Source: Candidatus Melainabacteria bacterium 17Bon1m (lineage in GTDB: Bacteria; Cyanobacteriota; Vampirovibrionia; Obscuribacterales; Obscuribacteraceae). From it: a stretch of DNA of 64,000 nucleotides. How positions within the stretch are numbered: the first letter of the stretch is position 1; each line of letters opens with the position of its first letter. A model generated the notes under the pieces. It saw nothing but the letters and a program-made list of their open reading frames with translations. It did not search any database and had not been told where the DNA came from. The position numbers and the translations under genes are program-made. Below are positions 57,398 through 64,000 of this stretch, piece by piece. The stretch covers positions 96,001 to 160,000 of the forward strand of contig JAVLKG010000005.1 in assembly GCA_032128875.1 (NCBI GenBank), in the 5' to 3' direction.

Positions 57398-59467
57398 TCA
57401 GTCTGCGCGATTGTCATTGGTTGTAGCAAGTTTTGGAAATTCCTTTTTCAAGCGAGTAAAGTCATCCTTTGACCAAGCTTTAAACTTAATTCCGAGTTCT
57501 CTTAATTTCGGGAGGCTATGCACCATATGCGATACTGTGTTGTAGTGAAATTTCGAATCTGGCGCTGAAAAACTTTCCAGATTCTTCAGGCTGCAGATCC
57601 AAGAAGCGTCACTTTCGTTTAACTTCGGCGCCTTCTCTAGCCAAAGCTTGCGCATGCTCTTTATGCTTCCAACTAAGCGTATGTCTTGAGACGACAGATC
57701 TTCTGCGCTCAGTCTCAACTCTTCGAGAACAGTAGAGCCTTTCAATTTCTTCAGTACCTCTGCCTGATTTGGCAGGTGCGCGATATTGAGATTTTTGCAT
57801 TGATTAAGGCGTTTGAAGCCAAGCAATCCAAGGCCTGTCATGTTAGTTCTTCCTACCCTCAGAACTTCAAGTTTGGGAAGCTTGTTCAAGGTCTCGATTA
57901 ACTGGTCGTCTACTTCGCAGCCTGTGACGTCAAGAAACTTCAAATTCTTCTGACGATCCAAATACCTGAATGTGGAATCTGCAACTCCGAAGTTAAAACG
58001 AAATCGCATCCCGGCAAATTCATTAGAATTGAATCGCAGAAGGAATTTGGGATTAGTTACTATGACTTTGTCTTCGACATCGAGACGAAGCTGCTCTTCA
58101 GCTGGAAAAGTTAGAACGCCTTTTGCAGGATAGGCCTTTTCTTTGTCCATCGAGTAAATGTAGCCAAGTCCAAATTCTTTTGCTCTACCGAAATCAAATA
58201 CGCGTATTTCTTTCCCCTGTTTGTCTGCGGTCAGTGAGCTTATCGGTCCACCGTCCGCATTTTCGAAAACTTCAGCTGGAATGCCTTCGGAGCGCTTCAA
58301 GCTTTGTGCTTCATCGAAGCCGGCTCGGTAAGATGCTGCCAATTTCTGGCTCATCGTACTAAAAACAATTGTGCCTGCAACCGCCGCGCCTATGGCGCAA
58401 GCAGCAACTAATTGCAAGAGATGTTTGGAATCTTTGTGTGCTGCTGCTTCTGCCTTTGTCAGTGACAACAAGGCTGGATGATGTGAGATTCCTTGTTGTA
58501 GAAGGCTGAGATCGCGTGCGATAGACTTCATGTCCTGGTATCGCGACTCTGGATTTTTCTCGAGCATGAGCCGCAAGATATTCTCGATTGCAGCTGGAAA
58601 CTCTTTGCCCAATGTCGCTTCTTTCAGTGATGGAGCATCTGTCGATTGATGCTGCATCATTGTAGAAAGTGCTGTATTTCCCATAAAGGGCGGCACGCCT
58701 GTTAGACACTCAAAAATGACGCAGCCCAGTGAATAGATGTCGCTTCGGATGTCGACCGGTTTGCCAAGGCACTGTTCGGGGCTCATATAGAGTGGGCTGC
58801 CAAATATTTCGCCTGTGCGTGTAAGCGCTTGAGTTGGTTGAATTTCTTCGTCTGTCAGTTTTGCAATTCCAAAGTCAACGACCTTAACGCTGAAGCTACT
58901 GCTATCTGATTGCGGAGGAACCAGCATTATGTTGCTTGGTTTTAAGTCCCTGTGGATGACTCCCATGTTGTGAGCGTATGCCAGCGCAAAGCACACTTGA
59001 ATGAAAATCGTGAGAGTTTCTTCTACACTGAGTGCCCCTTTGTCTTTGATCAATTTCGCAAGGGTCGTACCTTCGATGTAATCCATCACAAAGAATGGAA
59101 TGTCACCATTGATCAAACCGCAGTCATGTACGGTTATGAGATTGGGGTGATCCAGCATTGCCGCAGTTTTTGCTTCGACTTGAAACCGTCGCCAGGTTAC
59201 ATCACTTACTTCCTGGGCATTCAAAGTTTTCATTGCCAGGATTCGCCCGAGAGTGATCTGTTCCACTCGATAGACGACCCCCATTCCCCCGCGCCCTAGC
59301 TCGCCGAGCACCTTATATTTTTCAGCTACAACCTGTCCTGTGAGTAAGTCGGGAGCCGGTCCATAAGTCAGACCTAAAGTGTTCTCTATGCCATCAATGG
59401 AGATTGGCTGAGAATTAAACGCAGGAGCATTTGCTCCTAAGCCTTTTTGCTTATCCGCATCGTTCAT
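57398..59467 (-). CDS. Hanks-type Ser/Thr kinase with TM helix and C-terminal leucine-rich repeats
   Basis: GRGGMGVVY, LAMK, HRDLKPSN, DFG, YMSPEQ; TM segment LVAACAIGAAVAGTIVF; LxxLxL repeats. Confidence 0.93.
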   Translation of the reverse strand: MNDADKQKGLGANAPAFNSQPISIDGIENTLGLTYGPAPDLLTGQVVAEKYKVLGELGRGGMGVVYRVEQITLGRILAMKTLNAQEVSDVTWRRFQVEAKTAAMLDHPNLITVHDCGLINGDIPFFVMDYIEGTTLAKLIKDKGALSVEETLTIFIQVCFALAYAHNMGVIHRDLKPSNIMLVPPQSDSSSFSVKVVDFGIAKLTDEEIQPTQALTRTGEIFGSPLYMSPEQCLGKPVDIRSDIYSLGCVIFECLTGVPPFMGNTALSTMMQHQSTDAPSLKEATLGKEFPAAIENILRLMLEKNPESRYQDMKSIARDLSLLQQGISHHPALLSLTKAEAAAHKDSKHLLQLVAACAIGAAVAGTIVFSTMSQKLAASYRAGFDEAQSLKRSEGIPAEVFENADGGPISSLTADKQGKEIRVFDFGRAKEFGLGYIYSMDKEKAYPAKGVLTFPAEEQLRLDVEDKVIVTNPKFLLRFNSNEFAGMRFRFNFGVADSTFRYLDRQKNLKFLDVTGCEVDDQLIETLNKLPKLEVLRVGRTNMTGLGLLGFKRLNQCKNLNIAHLPNQAEVLKKLKGSTVLEELRLSAEDLSSQDIRLVGSIKSMRKLWLEKAPKLNESDASWICSLKNLESFSAPDSKFHYNTVSHMVHSLPKLRELGIKFKAWSKDDFTRLKKEFPKLATTNDNRAD

Positions 59468-59649
59468 CCAAGACCCCCACGCGCCCCTGAATGGGATATA
59501 CCTCGGTATAGTTAATTTTCGACAGCTTATACGGATTTTTGTATTAAATGTCGAGGCTCGAAACCCGCATTAGATAAGCCGCTTAACACTTGTAAGTCTC
59601 TGTGCGGTTATTAACGGGCTAGGTGGGATATGGCTTTCAGTCCTTTGAA

Positions 59650-59700
59650 AATTGGTCCGAAAAATTTGAAATTTTTCGGACCAATTCGCTTGAGACAAAA
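59650..59700 (+). repeat. Dispersed 27-bp palindrome + N12 + GACAAAA, copy F
   Basis: AATTGGTCCGAAAAATTT-G-AAATTTTTCGGACCAATT at 59650-59686 (18-bp arms); GACAAAA at 59694-59700. Confidence 0.9.
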
Positions 59701-59994
59701 ACTGACCCTTGCTTGAGTGACTTCGGAAATAAGTATTCGGCTATGAAAGCGGTCGGTTTGAAATCTTCGAACTGTCCGTGTTTCCAGGTTTTGGCACCTC
59801 TGCAATTTAAGTGCCGACAAGCAGAGCGTTAAAACCGGGCGCTAGAGAGAATTGGCGTTTAAGAATTTGGCTGTCAGTCGCGCGGTTCGCGCGAGGGCCT
59901 TTTTGCGCGAAAGACAAATTGATAAGGGGAATGGAACCGCGCGCCTGACGGCAGTTATGTTGAAACGCCAAGTTCACTTGTATGGCAATCTTGC

Positions 59995-60441
59995 TTAGAC
60001 GGCAACCTTCTCGATTTGAGTCGATAGAATCGAAAGTTGATGGACAACAGTCTCCTCGAAGTCTTCGTCGTCTTCTTGGTCTTCTTCATCGTCGTCTTCT
60101 TCTTCAGGATCAAGCACGAGCGGCTCAGCGAACATCCCAGGTTGGATCACGCCAAAGACGTCTTTGACCGAGATTTCAGGATGTTCATCTGCATACATTA
60201 CTGCGGCATACAAACGTCCTTCATATAAGACGCTCCACTGATCTTGATTTTCATTGTCTATAAGTTCGCGTCTTACATTATTTGCAAAACCAACTTCAAC
60301 AACTTCCAGGGAGCTGGTCGGTTCGCTTTCGTCGTCACCAATATCTTCGGCAAGGACTACATAGATGCCTTGTGTTTCCTCTACTTCTTCGGGACGCGTA
60401 AACGGTCCATCGAAGGAATATTTTCCAATCACTACAGCCAT
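59995..60441 (-). CDS. Acidic hypothetical protein
   Basis: AGGAG RBS; IGKYSFDGP...GIYVVL N-terminus; Asp/Glu-rich tail. Confidence 0.7.
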   Translation of the reverse strand: MAVVIGKYSFDGPFTRPEEVEETQGIYVVLAEDIGDDESEPTSSLEVVEVGFANNVRRELIDNENQDQWSVLYEGRLYAAVMYADEHPEISVKDVFGVIQPGMFAEPLVLDPEEEDDDEEDQEDDEDFEETVVHQLSILSTQIEKVAV

Positions 60442-61148
60442 TTTTGATTCTCCTTCTTATATGCTGAACACTTTGGATCTCTCTTGTTCAGCGTGTTTTT
60501 GTAGAAACGGTTTTTTGTCGTGATTGCATTTTGTTTGCGTTCATTGTTGACTGCGCTTACTAAGGCGAGGTTAAGAAGAGAGCCAGATCCGGCGATCTCG
60601 AATATAAATGTTTTTGCTCGAAGTCAAGGCGTGGCGCGGTTTTATGTCGCGTTCGATATTGATCGCCTATACCCTTAACCGGTTGTTAACCGTTAGTCGG
60701 GTAAACCACATGTGATACCGTAAGTGGTGGCATCTCTTTTCGTAACGGATTCGCAATGTGGCAGATCACATCCCGTAACAAATTAGCGGTTCAAATACAG
60801 TGTTCCAAAAGCCGCGCCACCATAGCGCGAGCGGTCGCTTTCGAGTTCTAACTCGAATTGCCAACAGAGTCACCGTTTTGCATCGTGTGACTGCAGCCCG
60901 CATGGGAGTCCTTCGCGCGAACATCCCATTAGAACCAGTTCATAGCTTCTTTTTGTACTCATGAGCTCTGTACTTGTGCCCTTGAAAAAGGGTTGGCTGA
61001 AAATATCTTTCAATCTTCTCCAGAATCTCTGTAGCCACACAAAACCCGTTCGCAGCAATACCAGCAACATGCTTTCTTCATCGCCTCAAGCGATGGTGAA
61101 GGCTCGTGGGTGTGGAGAATCTGGAGTGTCATCAAAAATGGAATCGAT

Positions 61149-62588
61149 ATGCAACAGATCAAAGTGCAAAATACGCTCACAGGCAGAAAAGAAGTCTTCG
61201 TGCCGCAAAACGGCAACAAGGTTTCTCTCTATGCCTGCGGACCGACTGTATACGATTCCAGCCACCTCGGTCATGCTCGCATGGCCATTGTCTGGGACGT
61301 AGTACAGCGTTATCTGCGCTTCGCCGGATACGACGTCACGTTCGTGCGCAACATCACGGATGTCGACGACAAAATCATCAACAAGGCAAACGCGCTCGGT
61401 GTGCGCCCGGAGCAAGTCGCTCGCCATTATCTCTTCGAGTTCTGGCGCGACATGCAGGCGCTCAACGTGGCACCACCTGATGTGGAGCCGCGCGCCACCG
61501 AGTTTCTCCAGCAAATGATCGAGTTCATTCAGGGCCTGATTGCGAAGGGGCATGCTTACGCTGTCGAGGGCGACGTGTACTTCGATGAAGCGTCGTTCGA
61601 GTCTTACGGGCGCCTGGCGAAAAAGCAGCTCGATGAGCTGCGTTCCGGGCACCGTGATCAAGTTCGTTCGCAAGACGAACTGGCGAAACGCAAGCGCAAC
61701 CCCGCCGACTTCGCGCTCTGGAAGGGCGTCAAATCAGGCGAAACCGGCTGGACCAGCCCCTGGGGTATGGGTCGTCCTGGTTGGCACATCGAGTGCTCCA
61801 CGATGATCAAAGCGGTGCTCGGTGAAACGATCGACATTCACGCGGGCGGCGAAGACCTGGTCTTCCCGCATCACGAGAACGAGATCGCGCAATCCGAAGC
61901 GCTGCACGACAAGCCTCTGGCGCGCTACTGGCTGCACAACAGCTTTGTCAACGTCAACAAGGAGAAGATGGCCAAGTCGCTCGGCAATTTCAAGACCATC
62001 GCCGAGATGCTCGCTGTTTACTCCGGCGACACCATTCGCCTGATGATGCTGCAAACGCATTACCGCAAGCCCATCGACTTCAGTGCAGACGCGCTCAACA
62101 GCGCTTCTCTGGCTCTGCTACGCCTGGTGCGAGCGGCTGCGTTCTCCATTCCACCGGTGCACGAGGGTTTCTCGCCCTACCGGTTCAACGAAGCCGACGC
62201 TGCCGTTTTCGCCGACGACGAAGTGCTCGCCGCTTTCCACGACTCATTCGTGGGGGCGATGAACAACGACTTCAACGCTGCCGAAGCGGTCGCTCACCTG
62301 TTCGCTCTGTCGGACAAAATCATGGCATCGAATGACGTGATTCGGCGTGCGATGTGGTCCGACGCTCTGCGCGAATACGCCGGGCTTCTCGGATTCACTC
62401 TCGCCGACACGCGTCAGGTTCTCGATGCGCAAACCGCCTCCCGCGTCATGGATGCAGTCGTTGCCATCCGTCAAGACGCGCGCGGCAGGAAGGACTTCGC
62501 TCTGTCCGACCTGATTCGCGACAAGCTGGCTTCCGCCGGCGTCAACGTCAACGACACGAAGAGCGGTGCCACCTGGGAGAAGAAATAG
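61149..62588 (+). CDS. cysS: Cysteinyl-tRNA synthetase
   Basis: YACGPTVY, HLGH, NITDVDDKII, DFALWK, GRPGWHIECS, FPHHENE, KMAKSLGN. Confidence 0.96.
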   Translation: MQQIKVQNTLTGRKEVFVPQNGNKVSLYACGPTVYDSSHLGHARMAIVWDVVQRYLRFAGYDVTFVRNITDVDDKIINKANALGVRPEQVARHYLFEFWRDMQALNVAPPDVEPRATEFLQQMIEFIQGLIAKGHAYAVEGDVYFDEASFESYGRLAKKQLDELRSGHRDQVRSQDELAKRKRNPADFALWKGVKSGETGWTSPWGMGRPGWHIECSTMIKAVLGETIDIHAGGEDLVFPHHENEIAQSEALHDKPLARYWLHNSFVNVNKEKMAKSLGNFKTIAEMLAVYSGDTIRLMMLQTHYRKPIDFSADALNSASLALLRLVRAAAFSIPPVHEGFSPYRFNEADAAVFADDEVLAAFHDSFVGAMNNDFNAAEAVAHLFALSDKIMASNDVIRRAMWSDALREYAGLLGFTLADTRQVLDAQTASRVMDAVVAIRQDARGRKDFALSDLIRDKLASAGVNVNDTKSGATWEKK

Positions 62589-62733
62589 CTCTCGGCACTG
62601 CACGCAGACCCCAAACCAAAGGAGGTCACCATGACGCGATTATAAGTAGAGGAATGTCTTTGAAAACGCCGGCAGTGTCTTGTTTTGCCAGCGTTCGATA
62701 AGCCGTCCTCTGCCCAACAATGGAGGACTACAC

Positions 62734-63453
62734 ATGATCAATCGCAAGCGGCATACGCCGTTCAGCAAGCGCTCCAGCAAGGCGCGCAAGCTCGCTTACA
62801 TCCGTACCAAGAACAACATCCGTCGCGCCGCGTCCGTTCTCGGTGGGCTCTTCTACACCCACGATTACGTGCACGGTCAGAACGGTTGGGTCGACATCTA
62901 CTTCCTCGGCAAGGAGAAGGGCGTTTTCTACAACGTCACCCTCCAGACCGCTCGCTACGAGTACAAGGAAGAGGTGAGCCACGCCGCCTGGGAAGCCGCT
63001 GACGCTCTCGTCCCTCATCGCTTCAACCTCTTCGAGGACGCGAAGAAGGACCCCGTCACCGGTCACTGGGTGTCCAATCCCAAGCCCGAAGGCGCGCTCG
63101 ACGCGTTCGGCGGCAAGACCCGCTGGGACTGGATCCACGATAAGGAGAAGGAAATCGCCGATGCGCGCACCCACAAGGTGCACGCGCGTGTGGAGCTCGA
63201 CCGTGACTACGCTCACGGCATCGGTCTCCACGCCACCATCGACGTGCCCTTCCTCACCGTGGACGCCATCAACGCCTTCATCCGCGATTTCCTCGCCCGC
63301 GGCGAAAAGCCCTGGCGCGACGAGAATGCGCTCAGCTTCAACAACGAGGAAGTCGGCTACTGGGGTCTCGAGAGCAACGCTCTCGTCGAGCCCTGGGACG
63401 TTGCCGATGCCCTCGCCAAGGCGGCTGAGGACGGCGAAAAGGCTGGTGAGTGA
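62734..63453 (+). CDS. Hypothetical protein
   Basis: GGAGGA RBS before ATG 62734; strong GC3 bias. Confidence 0.75.
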   Translation: MINRKRHTPFSKRSSKARKLAYIRTKNNIRRAASVLGGLFYTHDYVHGQNGWVDIYFLGKEKGVFYNVTLQTARYEYKEEVSHAAWEAADALVPHRFNLFEDAKKDPVTGHWVSNPKPEGALDAFGGKTRWDWIHDKEKEIADARTHKVHARVELDRDYAHGIGLHATIDVPFLTVDAINAFIRDFLARGEKPWRDENALSFNNEEVGYWGLESNALVEPWDVADALAKAAEDGEKAGE

Positions 63454-63688
63454 GCATTGCCGGATTAGCTGGAAGCAGATCTATAGCATTCACTAGTCCG
63501 GCAAAGACCGCAAGGTCACTGTGAAAACGTCGGGAGCGGCTCGTGCACTTGATTGTGCTTGGGTTGTCTCTCGGCGTTTTCCTTTCGGTCATCATGCTAT
63601 TGTATGACGTAGTAGCAATGTCGGAAAAACAAGAAAGCGACTGCATTTTAGAAAGACAGCCGCTTCTTGTCCAGTCAGAGAGACTGTT

Positions 63689-64000
63689 TTACTTCGAGCG
63701 CTTCAACAGCCGAACGAAGTAATTGAGGTGCGGAAAGCGAATCCGCGAGACCATGAGGAACGCTGCCACCACGGTGCAGACCAGGATGGCATACGCGACC
63801 ACGGGCAAGGCGAACAGTCCGAGCGCGAAGACACCGAGGGCGACCACGGTTGCTGCGCCTGTCGAGGGCAGACCGCTGAACCACAGGTGCGCGTCTTCGG
63901 AATGGTCTCCCGTCTCGACGTTGAACCGCGCCAGTCGATAGACCGCGCAGCCGACATAAATGACGCCTGCGACCCAGAGCAAGGGCGTCAGAACGGCACC
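63689..64000 (-). CDS. pssA: CDP-diacylglycerol--serine O-phosphatidyltransferase, C-terminal part (5' end outside the window)
   Basis: YRLARFNV, FSGLPSTGAA, LMVSRIRF. Confidence 0.8.
   Translation of the reverse strand, partial: GAVLTPLLWVAGVIYVGCAVYRLARFNVETGDHSEDAHLWFSGLPSTGAATVVALGVFALGLFALPVVAYAILVCTVVAAFLMVSRIRFPHLNYFVRLLKRSK

Noticed and set aside
60450..61148. T-box leader upstream of cysS
   Set aside because: No GGTGG(A/T)ACC antiterminator motif with a following terminator was found.
61086..61673. 195-aa minus-strand ORF
   Set aside because: Antisense shadow of cysS.

Overview
Bacterial chromosomal window. The gene repertoire (PAS sensor kinases, TPR and EF-hand proteins, a calpain-like C2 protease, an LRR Ser/Thr kinase, a DUF6088-like wHTH gene) suggests Candidatus Melainabacteria/Obscuribacterales, but this is inference only. 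By eye it is a mosaic of moderate-GC signalling genes (about 1-19 kb and 54.5-61 kb) and GC-richer blocks. The GC-richer blocks hold a ~15.5-kb Ter stress-response region (four TerD/TerZ paralogues, vWA, TerC, PRTase, HAD, StiP-like, citrate-lyase-like, ATP-grasp), an XopQ/HopQ1-like nucleoside hydrolase, ppa, citrate synthase, small orphan genes with CobB, Pdp, NUDIX and LOG enzymes, and cysS. Most notable unexplained signals: (1) six intergenic copies of a 27-bp palindrome, STCCGAAAAA-N7-TTTTTCGGAS, four of them with GACAAAA exactly 12 nt away; (2) a translationally coupled pair of complementary half-dead histidine kinases, one with the phospho-His but a decayed ATPase and one with an intact ATPase but no His; (3) a non-canonical tRNA-like cloverleaf with a long GCA-containing arm; (4) a GATC-dense repeat patch upstream of the ter region. 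No integrase, transposase, CRISPR array or rRNA was recognised. All family calls come from motif reading and recollection, not database searches.
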